Assembly: GCA_965217115.1 (NCBI GenBank)
Contig: OZ244239.1
Coordinates: 1,938,791 to 2,002,790 of the forward strand
Length of the DNA: 64,000 nt
Direction of reading: 5' to 3'
DNA from: Bdellovibrionales bacterium
GTDB taxonomy: Bacteria; Bdellovibrionota; Bdellovibrionia; Bdellovibrionales; CAYMLA01
The position numbers and the translations under genes are program-made. Below the pieces are notes generated by a model. It was not told the origin of the DNA. It saw only the letters and a list, made by a program, of their open reading frames with translations, and ran no database searches. Below are positions 11,343 through 21,800 of the stretch, one piece after another; the stretch's first letter is position 1, and every line of letters starts with the position of its first letter.

Positions 11343-12485
11343 TTATTCGTACTGGCTTAGAGGTTTAAGGGTTAAGAGCGATTTTTCTAATTGATTCTCA
11401 GTGATACTAGGGATTGTTTTTTGTAGGGCGATAAACAAGAGTTCGTAATTTTTTTTAGTAATATATCCCATGTGTCCAATACGTAGAATTTTACCCTTTA
11501 ACTGGTCTTGTCCTCCCATGGTAGTCATGTCATGAATTTGTTCTAATTGGGAACGAACAGTCTGGCTGTCTATGGAGCCTTCGGGAAGTTCAACGGCAGT
11601 TAAAGAGGGGCTTGGGTGAAGGGGGAAAATTTTAAACCCCATTTCTAAAAGTCCTTGGCGCACACACTGAGCTCTTAGGGAGACTTTATTAAGATGTTGT
11701 TTCAGAGATGGAGTTAATAGCTCCTGTAAAGCGGAATGTAGGCTTCTTATTAAAGTAACAGGAGAGCTAAAGTGAGTTTGTCTCTTCTTGTAAGATTTAA
11801 ACTCAGCTTCGAGGTCCCAATAAAATTTAGGGCAGGAGGATTTTCGTGACGCTTGCCATGCTTTTTCTGAAAGGCAGATGAAGGAAAGCCCTGTCGGAAG
11901 CATGAAAGCTTTTTGTGAACCGGCAATTAAAACATCAATACCCCATTTATCAAATGGGAGATCATAGGCGCCGACAGCTGTGATACCATCGACAATGAAG
12001 AGGGTTGATTGATATTGATGCTGTAAAATTTGACCGATGTCTTTGATTGGATGAATAGCTCCTGTGCTTGTTTCGCAAGCTTGTGTGATGACGGCACGAC
12101 ACTGAGGATTTTCCTTAAGGAGGGATTTTATTTTCTCAATCTCTGCGCTCTCTCCCCAGGAAACAGCATAGGGGATGACTTCAACTCCGTAGGCTTGACA
12201 TATCTGTGACCAGCGTTGTCCAAACTTACCTGACTCAATAACGATGACTTGTTCTTTAGGTGATAGGGTATTAACTATGGCGGCTTCCATAGCTCCACTT
12301 CCAGTTGAACATAAAGTGAGAACGGGCTGTTCGGTTTGGAAAACCTTCTTGAGATTTTGTGCAACATTTTGAAAAATCTCTTCAAACTCTGGAGTGCGAT
12401 GATGAATTATTGGCTGAGATAAGGTCTCTAGAATTTTTGGTGAACAGGGAACTGGGCCTGGTGTGAGGAGATTTTTGTGACTCAT
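11343..12485 (-). CDS. class V aminotransferase (serine-pyruvate / phosphoserine aminotransferase-like)
   Basis: The ORF is open from 12551. ATG at 12485 (MSHKNLLTPGPV) matches the family N-terminus. The SQKAFMLP PLP-lysine region is present. Confidence 0.8.
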   Translation of the reverse strand: MSHKNLLTPGPVPCSPKILETLSQPIIHHRTPEFEEIFQNVAQNLKKVFQTEQPVLTLCSTGSGAMEAAIVNTLSPKEQVIVIESGKFGQRWSQICQAYGVEVIPYAVSWGESAEIEKIKSLLKENPQCRAVITQACETSTGAIHPIKDIGQILQHQYQSTLFIVDGITAVGAYDLPFDKWGIDVLIAGSQKAFMLPTGLSFICLSEKAWQASRKSSCPKFYWDLEAEFKSYKKRQTHFSSPVTLIRSLHSALQELLTPSLKQHLNKVSLRAQCVRQGLLEMGFKIFPLHPSPSLTAVELPEGSIDSQTVRSQLEQIHDMTTMGGQDQLKGKILRIGHMGYITKKNYELLFIALQKTIPSITENQLEKSLLTLKPLSQYE

Positions 12486-12781
12486 TATCCCATTCTCATT
12501 GTTAGAGGAAAAGACGTCAAGTAGAGATGGTCCCATTTCCACGTCCAACACGCTCTATAGAGTTCTTTTATGGGGTCTTCCATCTTTAGTTCATATCAGA
12601 CAATGACTGGACTAATGTCGATAGCCAAGTCTAAAAATAGGCCCCATGTTCTCTATAGAGCAAGGGGTGTGCTCGACTCTTCTGAAACATACTGCGATGG
12701 GCATAGGCAAAATATTTTTCTTTAAAACACTCTGTCAGTTAGAGTAGTATATTGCATGTTTTGTGAAAAAAGGAGTTTTTA

Positions 12782-15448
12782 GTGCAACCGCAGAAAATAT
12801 ATTTAAAAGATTATCAGAGATCAGATTTTCTTATTGAAACCGTGACGATTCAATTTGATCTTTACGAAAGTCATACGCGAGTTACGAATGAGATGGTTTT
12901 TTATCAAAATAAAGAGATAGAGAGAATATCTAATGATCTCTCTCTGGATGGAGATGGTTTAGAAATTTTGAGTCTAAAAATAATGTCAATAGAGGATTCA
13001 GATGCGTCTAATGGTGAATGGAATGTGTTAAAGGAAACAGAGTACAGCAAGTCTAAGAATGGGTTAAAGATATGTCATGTTCCAGAGAAATTTAAGTTGC
13101 AAGTGGTAACAAAGATTTTTCCGGAGAAGAACACTTCCTGTGAGGGTCTTTATAAATCTGATGGATTTTATGTGACTCAAAATGAAGCTCAGGGTTTTCG
13201 TAAAATAACTTACTTCCTCGATCGTCCAGATGTGATGTCATTGTATAAAACGGTAATAACTGCGGATAAAGAAAAGTACCCTGTCTTGTTATCCAATGGG
13301 AATTTGCTAGAAGAAAAAACTTTGCAGGGAGGTCGCCATCAAGTTGTGTGGGAAGACCCTTTTAAGAAGCCTTGCTATCTTTATGCACTTGTGGCTGGGG
13401 ACATGGGCATGATTAGAGGTGCGTTTGTAACAAAGAGTGGGCGCCATGTAGATTTACGTATTTATAGCAATAGAGGAAACGAAGATCGTTGTTCTTATGC
13501 GATGGAGTCTTTGCAGCGTTCAATGAAGTGGGATGAAGAGCGCTTTGGCTTAGAGTATGATTTGGATATTTATATGATTGTGGCAGTGAATAGTTTTAAT
13601 GCAGGAGCGATGGAGAACAAAGGGTTGAATATTTTCAATGCGAGCTATGTTTTGGTAGATTCGCAGACAGCGACAGATAGTGATTTTCGCAATGTAGAAG
13701 CTGTGGTAGGCCATGAGTATTTTCATAATTGGACTGGAAATCGTATTACGTTGAGAGATTGGTTTCAGTTAAGCTTAAAAGAAGGACTAACGGTGTTTAG
13801 AGATCAGGAGTTTGTCTCTGACCTCCACTCTCGAAGTGTAAAAAGAATTGATGATGCGAAGCACCTGCGGAATAGCCAATTTGCTGAGGACGCTGGTCCG
13901 ATGGCCCATCCTGTGAGACCAGAGTCGGTGTTTTCTGTGGATAATCTTTTTTCATTAACGATTTATGAGAAAGGAGCTGAGCTTATTCGCATGCTTTATA
14001 CTTTCTTGGGGAGAGAGGGGTTTTGCCAAGGGATAGGTAAGTATGTGGAGCTTTACGATGGGCAGGCGGTGACGACAGATAATTTCATACATGCTATGGA
14101 GTTGTCTAGTGGTCGTGAGTTTTCTCAATTTTGTCGTTGGTACAGTCAAGCAGGGACTCCAAAATTATCTGTTCAAGGTGATTATAATGAAAAGGATCAA
14201 GTCTATACACTAGAGATGGAGCAGTCTTGTGAGTCCACTCCAGATCAACCGGGGGACTTAAAAGAACCTTTTTATTTTCCTTTATCAATGGGTCTTTTAG
14301 GGGAGGATGGCGAAGAGCTAAATTTAGTTATTAATGGTAAAAATTTAGGAAAAGAGGCAACGTTGACAGTTTCAGAGAGAAGGCATCTTTTTAAGTTTGA
14401 GGGTGTAAAGAGAAAACCTATCCCGTCTTTCTTAAGAGAATTCTCCAGTCCGATTCATTTAGAGTTTAATTATAGCGATGATGAGTTGAGTTTTTTAATG
14501 GTTCATGAAAAAGACTCTTTTGTTCAATGGGAGGCGATGCAAGAGTTGACCTTGCGTGTGCTTAGAGAAAAAGTCGATCCTCTCAGAGATGGAAGCGGGG
14601 AAACTGAGGCTTTGGCTAGTTATTTACAGGCTTATGGGGCCTTGTTAAAGAGAGAAGATTTAGATTTAGCTTATAAAGCACAGCTCATAGAGCTTCCGAA
14701 TTTGAGTTATTTAGCAGAGACAATTGGGTGGCATCATTTGGAGAGGGTCTGCGAAGCCAGAGTTTTCTTATCGAGGGCTTTATTTGAGATCTATGAAAGG
14801 TCCTTTTTGGATATTTATAGCCGTTTAAATATTGTGAATGACTATGATTTATCTCACGCAGAGATAGGGCGTAGAAGCTTAAAAAAATGTTGTCTGCAGT
14901 TTTTATTAGAGGGATCGGAGAGTTACAATGCTCTTGGTGTAGAGCAATTTAAGAAAGCTAATAATATGACAGACAAATTAAGTGCTTTATCAGCGCTATC
15001 TCGTAGAGAGAGTTCTGAGGCTTCAAAACTGCGGGAAGAATTTTATAATGAGTACAAAGGTAAGCCGTTGGTTTTTAATAAATTTTTAAAAGTAGTGGCT
15101 CACGCTGAATCTACGGGTTTAGATGAGTTAAGGGAAGTGGCAGAGCTTCCTGAATTTGACATGAATAATCCTAATTGTGTTCACAGTCTTTTCCATGGGT
15201 TTGCCTCTCAAAATATAAAGTCATTCCATAATGGGGATAATGACTGTTATGGTTTTTTTGTGAACTTAATCTCAGACAGAGATAGGGAAAATGCCCATGT
15301 CGGGTCTCGTTTGGCTTCGGTGTTTAATATATGGAAAAAATTGAGTATTGAACGCCAGGAAAGAATAGAGCCGCTGCTTAAAGGCCTTATTGATGGTGGC
15401 AAATTGTCAAGTAATAGCTACGAAATAATTTCTAAAAGTTTTCCGTGA
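12782..15448 (+). CDS. pepN: aminopeptidase N (M1 family)
   Basis: 888 aa. GAMENKG exopeptidase motif and HEYFHNWTGNR...E zinc motif. Confidence 0.95.
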   Translation: MQPQKIYLKDYQRSDFLIETVTIQFDLYESHTRVTNEMVFYQNKEIERISNDLSLDGDGLEILSLKIMSIEDSDASNGEWNVLKETEYSKSKNGLKICHVPEKFKLQVVTKIFPEKNTSCEGLYKSDGFYVTQNEAQGFRKITYFLDRPDVMSLYKTVITADKEKYPVLLSNGNLLEEKTLQGGRHQVVWEDPFKKPCYLYALVAGDMGMIRGAFVTKSGRHVDLRIYSNRGNEDRCSYAMESLQRSMKWDEERFGLEYDLDIYMIVAVNSFNAGAMENKGLNIFNASYVLVDSQTATDSDFRNVEAVVGHEYFHNWTGNRITLRDWFQLSLKEGLTVFRDQEFVSDLHSRSVKRIDDAKHLRNSQFAEDAGPMAHPVRPESVFSVDNLFSLTIYEKGAELIRMLYTFLGREGFCQGIGKYVELYDGQAVTTDNFIHAMELSSGREFSQFCRWYSQAGTPKLSVQGDYNEKDQVYTLEMEQSCESTPDQPGDLKEPFYFPLSMGLLGEDGEELNLVINGKNLGKEATLTVSERRHLFKFEGVKRKPIPSFLREFSSPIHLEFNYSDDELSFLMVHEKDSFVQWEAMQELTLRVLREKVDPLRDGSGETEALASYLQAYGALLKREDLDLAYKAQLIELPNLSYLAETIGWHHLERVCEARVFLSRALFEIYERSFLDIYSRLNIVNDYDLSHAEIGRRSLKKCCLQFLLEGSESYNALGVEQFKKANNMTDKLSALSALSRRESSEASKLREEFYNEYKGKPLVFNKFLKVVAHAESTGLDELREVAELPEFDMNNPNCVHSLFHGFASQNIKSFHNGDNDCYGFFVNLISDRDRENAHVGSRLASVFNIWKKLSIERQERIEPLLKGLIDGGKLSSNSYEIISKSFP

Positions 15449-15599
15449 TTTTTTGAATATAATTATGGGCTTTTTATGGGGGTGGGTGGGAATTCTCTTC
15501 TGGAGCTATTCCCTAATCCCATTGTTTTTATTGATAAAAGGGAGTTTGAAGGGGGAGGGGCTAAAAAATAACGCGTAGAGTCACAGGATTGAGCTATAG

Positions 15600-16406
15600 T
15601 TGGAGTTTTCACAAAAAAAAATGTACTCTTTATACCTACTTTGCGAACCTTTTCTGGGGGAGCTAAGGGGGGTCATGCTTAGATTTAGAAAATTGGAAAC
15701 AGAGGCAGATCTACAGGAATTCTGTGATAGTTACGGTCGTTCTGTTAGCAAGAGAATCGGCGAAAATTATCGCACCACCCTAGCTGGAGCGATGAAAAAG
15801 ACGAAGGTCGTTGGGGTTTACCAGAACGGAGAGATGATTGGTGGTTATGCTCTGAGTAAAGTGCCCCACACAGCACTGGGCCTTCTCACTGAAGAGAATA
15901 AAAATAAAATGAGAGAGATGGCACCTCTTGAGTCGTTCTGCGATTTAGGGAGTATTTGGAAAAAAAAGGGATTCTCAAAGTTTCTTTTTAAGAATATTGT
16001 CTGGCCTAGAATTATGTTGGAGACTCTTTTCTTTTATCCTAGCAAGAAAAACATCATCGGTTATGTGGCGACAGGACATGGTCGAGCAGATGCCTACTTT
16101 CTTGCGAAGCCAGTCTATCTACAAAACTCAACTGTTACGGGTGAGGTGAATGTTTTTGTTTTAGATAGAAAAACTTTATTACTTGCTTTTTTGGCGGCCT
16201 TCCTCGTTGAGTCGTTTGTAAAACCTTTTAAGCGTTTAATAAAAAAAACCCACACTCCCCCAGAGAGCAAACAAGTTTTTAAACAGAATTTAGATTTCGA
16301 CTTTAAGGAAGATAGCCAAAGAGATAAAGGTCGAGATAGAGATAGAGATAGAGATGTCCTTCCTCAAGAGGAAGGGTTTAAAGAAGATTTTAGTGATCTC
16401 ACTTAA
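15600..16406 (+). CDS. hypothetical protein, possible GNAT-fold acyltransferase with a charged RD-repeat tail
   Basis: 268 aa. VVGVYQNGEMIGGYAL and GSIWKKKGFSKFLF resemble the GNAT beta4/alpha3 region. The assignment is weak. C-terminal RDRDRDRD is encoded by a GAGATA repeat. Confidence 0.45.
   Translation: MEFSQKKMYSLYLLCEPFLGELRGVMLRFRKLETEADLQEFCDSYGRSVSKRIGENYRTTLAGAMKKTKVVGVYQNGEMIGGYALSKVPHTALGLLTEENKNKMREMAPLESFCDLGSIWKKKGFSKFLFKNIVWPRIMLETLFFYPSKKNIIGYVATGHGRADAYFLAKPVYLQNSTVTGEVNVFVLDRKTLLLAFLAAFLVESFVKPFKRLIKKTHTPPESKQVFKQNLDFDFKEDSQRDKGRDRDRDRDVLPQEEGFKEDFSDLT
16333..16355. repeat. hexanucleotide tandem repeat (GAGATA) x about 3.8
   Basis: Read directly. It encodes RDRDRDRD in ORF 15600..16406 and ends in the ATG (16354) of the next ORF. 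Confidence 0.9.
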
Positions 16407-17094
16407 AAGGGAGTTTCTTCTCGAAATTTTCTCGGTTTTCTTTATTCTCTTTATTCCTGGTATTGTTTGGGGCATCACATTTTTATTTGCAATTCAGTCT
16501 TTCCAAGAAGCGCGATACGAGGCCCTTCTTCTTTTACCTTTTGTGGCCTCTTTAACCTGTATATTAGTGGTCTTTCTTTTTAGGCTTCTATTGCCTAAAT
16601 TAAAGCCAGGAATTTATGACACCAAGACAGATTTAATGCCTGTTTTTTGGTATCTCCATATGTGTCTCAACAGAGGTGCTATATCAACAGGGCTTTTGTT
16701 TATTATCAGAAGTTCCAATATTTTAAAATATCTCCATTTAAAAGCTCTTGGTGCTAAAGTGGCTTATACTGCCAAGTACTCAATGGATTTGGTGATTTCA
16801 GACCCCTCCTTAGTTACTATAGAAAGTGATGTTGCTATAGGAGGGCAGTGTTTCATAGCTTCTCACCTTGTCATTGGTAGAAGACTTGTCTTAGGAAAGG
16901 TTCATTTAAAAAGAGGGGCCTTTATTGCTTATGGGAATGTGATCGCTCAAGGAACTGTTGTTGGAGAAAAAGCTGTCATTGGTATTGGGAATTATCTTTA
17001 TCGAGATAAAATTCCAGACAACGAGAAGCTTGGTCGTTTCGCTTGGTCAAAAGGGTCTCCTAAAGCTCGAGAAGCTACTGGACAAAAACCATAG
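16354..17094 (+). CDS. membrane protein with a C-terminal left-handed beta-helix (hexapeptide-repeat) domain, resembling the terminal domain of Pls/PosA-type NRPS
   Basis: 246 aa. Two or three N-terminal TM helices. Then LKALGAKVAYTAKYSMDLVISDPSLVTIESDVAIGGQCFI...VHLKRGAFIAYGNVIAQGTVVGEKAVIGIGN...WSKGSP. From memory this follows the TIGR02353 pattern (RxLGAxIG ... DLxxIG ... WxGSPA). Confidence 0.55.
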   Translation: MSFLKRKGLKKILVISLKREFLLEIFSVFFILFIPGIVWGITFLFAIQSFQEARYEALLLLPFVASLTCILVVFLFRLLLPKLKPGIYDTKTDLMPVFWYLHMCLNRGAISTGLLFIIRSSNILKYLHLKALGAKVAYTAKYSMDLVISDPSLVTIESDVAIGGQCFIASHLVIGRRLVLGKVHLKRGAFIAYGNVIAQGTVVGEKAVIGIGNYLYRDKIPDNEKLGRFAWSKGSPKAREATGQKP

Positions 17095-17340
17095 AAAATC
17101 TTATCAGCCCAGGCTTTATGGAATTCAATCAGCACGACAGATGAGTTGTTCACAATAAGTGCAGTCATTCAAAATAGCCTGACAGACTCCTATGAACCCC
17201 CTTGGGCTTTAGGAAAAGAACCTGACTCCGCCTTTGTTAACTATGGGTTTGGCCTATGATAATAAATGAAGTGACCTCTTTTAAGGGATGTTCTAGAATA
17301 TAGCAGATTTAAACCTTTCTTTGCTGGAGTTGGAGGAATA

Positions 17341-18876
17341 GTGATCAAACTCTCTCAGATATTTATTCTTAGTTTCAGTGTATTTTTTCTTCAAACCTCT
17401 GTTGTTTCGGCTAATCTTTCTGGAGATGCTAAGGGGATTTTGAAGGTTTTGCCACAGAAAAAACTTACTTTAGACATGGTTCTTCAGCAGGGTCTGAACT
17501 CAGACAGTTTTGAAATCATTGGAGTTCAAGGATTGCAAAAGGAATTATTGAATTTTTCAAGAAGAGCCCCCCTGGCCGTGGGGTTTTCAGGCCGTATCGT
17601 CGAGGGGAGTGATAAATCGTCGCCCCATCGCCCTGGCTCATCTTACAACGCCCAGTCTCTAATAGGTGCTCTAAGTGTGAGTAAGGCTTTTTTATCAGGA
17701 ACATCTCTCTCGTTGCAGTCTAATTATCAGAACATAGATTCTCGTTCCACATCCTTTCTAGGGCAAGGTGACGGAATCCACTCTCAGTATCATGAGAATA
17801 AAATTGTATTCAATCTAAGACAGGATTTGTGGAAAAATTCTTTTGGTTATGCCACGAGAAAATCTTTGGAATCCTTAGAGGTCCAAGAGAGAAATGTGAC
17901 TAACGAAGTTTCTGTGAATATCGAGAATTGGGCCTATGAGCTCTTGCATAACTACTACAACACCTGGTTGTTTCAATCTAGAGTTAAGGTTGAGGAAGAA
18001 AATGATCAACGGCAGAGGCGGTTGCGTAAAGTCACGAAGTTGAAACTTCAGAGGGGGACAGCCGAGAGACCAGATTTTTTACAGGCTAAGAGCGCTGAGA
18101 AAAACACTTACCAAAATTTAAAGAGGGCAGAGCAGGATTTGGGCAATATGTGGCGTCATCTCGTTGTGACATTAAAATTCCCTGAAAAGTGGTTGGATAT
18201 AGATCCGCTTTTAGTTTCCATAGAATTGGATGAACCTATTCCTCAAGCTGAGAGTTTTTGTCGACAACCACTTGATTTAGGTTCTAATTTAAAAATAATT
18301 TCTTTGAGGGAAAAATCTAAGGCGGCTCGGTTGAATCTAGCTGCGGCCAAAAACAAGCTATTGCCTGATGTTTATTTTGGACTAAAGCTGACATCTAATG
18401 GAGTTAAATCTGCAGATGGGGGTTATCCTCTTAAAGACTCGTTGGAGAATAAAAACAGGGGAGTGTTTGTAGAACTAGGTGTTTCTATTCCTATGGGCAA
18501 TTATGAGAATAAAGCAAACCTTGTTAGAGCGACGATGAGTGAAAGATCCACAAGATATAGTTTATCAAATATAGAGGGAGATTTGAAAATCAATTGGAAG
18601 GGTCAGTGTTTGAATTTAAAACGCTTGATAGAGAAGAGAGAAAAATTAAAATCAATCCGTATGATGCAAAAACAGAGGGTTGAATTAGAAGAAAAACGTT
18701 TTCGTGTGGGACAGGTCGCTATATTTAATGTAATTCAGGCGGGCAATGACGCTGCCTTGGCAGATTTTTCGTTGAAACGATCAGAAGTAGAGGTGCGTTT
18801 ATCTGCTTGGGAAATATTAAAAATGGGTGGAGAGTTGACGGCCCATCTTAAAAAATTGATGGGTAATAGAAAATGA
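17341..18876 (+). CDS. TolC-family outer membrane efflux protein
   Basis: 511 aa. Signal peptide, two coiled-coil/beta repeats with typical LxxAxxxLxxA segments, and an ATGA overlap with the RND gene. Confidence 0.75.
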   Translation: MIKLSQIFILSFSVFFLQTSVVSANLSGDAKGILKVLPQKKLTLDMVLQQGLNSDSFEIIGVQGLQKELLNFSRRAPLAVGFSGRIVEGSDKSSPHRPGSSYNAQSLIGALSVSKAFLSGTSLSLQSNYQNIDSRSTSFLGQGDGIHSQYHENKIVFNLRQDLWKNSFGYATRKSLESLEVQERNVTNEVSVNIENWAYELLHNYYNTWLFQSRVKVEEENDQRQRRLRKVTKLKLQRGTAERPDFLQAKSAEKNTYQNLKRAEQDLGNMWRHLVVTLKFPEKWLDIDPLLVSIELDEPIPQAESFCRQPLDLGSNLKIISLREKSKAARLNLAAAKNKLLPDVYFGLKLTSNGVKSADGGYPLKDSLENKNRGVFVELGVSIPMGNYENKANLVRATMSERSTRYSLSNIEGDLKINWKGQCLNLKRLIEKREKLKSIRMMQKQRVELEEKRFRVGQVAIFNVIQAGNDAALADFSLKRSEVEVRLSAWEILKMGGELTAHLKKLMGNRK

Positions 18877-21800
18877 AATGGCTAATTGATTACTTTGCAC
18901 GGCAGGGGATTTTTTCCAATGTAATTACTTTTTTGGTATTTATTCTTGGAATTCTGTCATTAATAACAATCAATCGAGAGGCTTTTCCCAATATCAAATT
19001 TGATATGATTGTCGTGAACACGATCTATCCTGGAGCCTCCTCTGAAGAGGTGGAGAAATTGGTGACAAACCCCTTGGAGCAAGAATTTAAGAGTATTGAC
19101 GGTGTAAAGAAGATAACTTCTGTTTCTATTGAGAGTCGCAGTTCTATTATATTGCAATTAGATCCGGATCAAACGACAGAGGAAGACGCGAGGCGTGACG
19201 TTCGAGAGGCACTGGACCGTGTAACAGATTTACCGGCTGGAGCTGAGAATCCGTTGATTGTAGTTATAAATAGCAAGGTAACACCAACCATAGAAGTGAC
19301 ATTGAGTAGTAAGCCCAACAATCGATTGAGTGAAGATCAAATGAGAGAGCAGGTAAAACTTGTAGAGGAAAAGCTACATGAATTATCTGGTGTGAGTCGT
19401 ATTAGCAGAAATGGCTATAGAAAAAGAGAGATTAAAGTAAAAGCGAATCTTTTAAAGTTGCAAAGTTATCATATCTCTTTACAGGATTTAATAAGGGTAC
19501 TGGGGGCGGAGAACTCTTCTATTCCAGGGGGTGTTTTTCAATCTAAGGTGACTGGTAAAAATATACTGATTCGAACAGTGGGTGATTTTTTAAATACGGA
19601 TGATGTGGGCGACACAATTATTCGATCAAATGCTTTGGGACAGGTTGTTCGTGTAAGAGATGTTGCTAAGGTGAGCATGGGGTTTGAGGAAGCCAAGGTG
19701 ATCTATCATTCTGGTGGCAAAAAAGCTATTAATTTAGTGATTTTTAAAAAAGATGGAGCCGATGCGATCGATCTAGTGAATCTTATAAAGCAAGAGCTTG
19801 ATCAAGATAAAGCGAGTTTTCATAAGGGGCTAGAAGTTAATTATGTAAATGATCTATCCTATTACATTCGTCGTCGCTTGTCTGTTCTATCGAGCAATAT
19901 GCTCATTGGTTTAGTGTTAGTATTGACTATTTTATCTTTTATTTTACCAGGGAGAGTGGCTTTAATCACTTCGTTGGGAATTCCATTTTCATTTTTTGCC
20001 ACATTTCTTTATTTTGGGAATATGGGGATATCATTAAACCTTTTGACCATGATTGGTTTAATTATTGTGGTTGGAATGTTAGTGGATGATGCCGTAGTTG
20101 TTACAGAGAATGTGCAAAGATACGCAGAAAAAGGTTTGTCTCCTATGGATGCGGCGATTAAGGGCACTCAGCAAATATGGGCGCCAGTGACGGCCTCAGT
20201 GATGACAACAGTTGTGGCTTTCACGCCTATGCTGTTTATGTCTGGAATTACAGGGAAGTTCATGAAATTTATTCCCCTTGGAGTGATCTTAGCATTGCTT
20301 TTTAGTTTGTATGAATGTTTTTTTATTTTGCCCCATCATCTGGCGAATTGGATAAAAAAGGGAGATTCTGAAAAAGCTCAACAGAGAAAACTGGTCAAGT
20401 GGTGGAATCAAAGAGCCATTCCTAGTTATGGGCATTTTATGAAAAAGGTGCTGGAGCGTCGCTATCTGGTGGTGTCGATTTCATTTGCATTGTTCTTGGC
20501 AACGATTTTTTTGGCGACAAGGATGACATTTATTTTATTTCCGGCAAGTGGGGTAGAGGTTTTCCAAATTCGCTTTGATGCTCCCCTTGGGACTTCGATG
20601 GATAAAACATTGGAGATAATAAAGCCTATAGAAGCTATTGTGGCAAAATTAAGAAAAGATGAAGTAAAGAATTTTACAACTCAAGTAGGGCTTCAACAGG
20701 AGAATCCGACTGATCCGAGTACAAAGCGTGGAGATGAGTACGGACAGATTAATGTTTATCTGACTCCAGCAACAAGTAGAGAGCGTCGAGCCGATGAGAT
20801 TATTGATGATCTAAGAAAGAGGGTAGGGAAAATACCTGGATTGGAGAAGTTGACGTATTCACAGAAACAGGGGGGGCCTCCTGTTGGGAAAGCTGTGAGT
20901 TTAGGTGTTCGGGGGAAGTCCTACCAAGATATTTTACCAGCGGTGGAATCGGTGAAGGCTTTTTTAAAGACAATTAAGGGGACTTTTGATGTTGATGACT
21001 CTTATTTGGTGGGTAAGTCAGAGTTACAGATAAAAGTGGATTCAGTGGAGGCGGCGGCGGCATCATTGTCTCTGGCCAGTATTGGTAACTCTGTTCGTGC
21101 GGCCTATGAAGGTGTGGTGGCAACGAGTATCCGTGAATTGGATGAAAAGATTGATGTTCGAGTCTCTCTGGAAAACCAAGAAAAAGACTCTAAATCATCT
21201 TTGATGTCCATGCTCATTCCTAATCAAAGAGGAAACTTAGTCGCTTTAAATCGTGTGGCGCGTTTGGAGCACTCTGAAGGGGTAGCGCTCTATGAGCACG
21301 AAAACAATCAACGTCAAGTGAAGGTGACGGCAGGAGTAAATGAGAAGGTAACAAGCTCTGGAGAGGTCAATAGTTTACTACGTTCTGAGTTGAATAATTT
21401 CCGTCAAAAGCACTCGAATGTTGATTATTTCTTTGGTGGAGAGGACCAAGATAGCAGAGATAGCATAGCTTCTTTGACGAAAGCATTTGTCATCGCTGCC
21501 ATGGGTATTTTTATGATTCTAATATTAACTTTTAGAAATATTTTTCAACCTTTTTTAGTTCTTTTTGTGACAATTCCCTTGGGGATCATGACTGTGGTTT
21601 GGACATTTTATCTCCATGGTCGTCCATTGACATTTTTAGGAATGTTGGGAGTTGTAGCGCTAGCGGGGGTGATTGTGAACAATGCCATTGTTCTGGTGTC
21701 GTTTATTAATGAAGAGCGGAAAAATGGTGTAGACCGCTTTACGAGTATTGTTAACGGGGCTAAGATGCGTTTACGTCCGATATTTTTGACAACTTTGACG

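Noticed and set aside
16333-16355. GAGATA hexanucleotide repeat as a phase-variation switch between the two overlapping ORFs
   Set aside because: The unit length is a multiple of three, so slippage keeps both frames. It would only change the RD-repeat length and the position of the downstream ATG relative to upstream sequence. It is reported as a repeat only.
16958-17158. 66-aa ORF overlapping the 3' end of 16354..17094 in another frame
   Set aside because: It sits within or overlaps a better-supported CDS, and there is no independent evidence for it.
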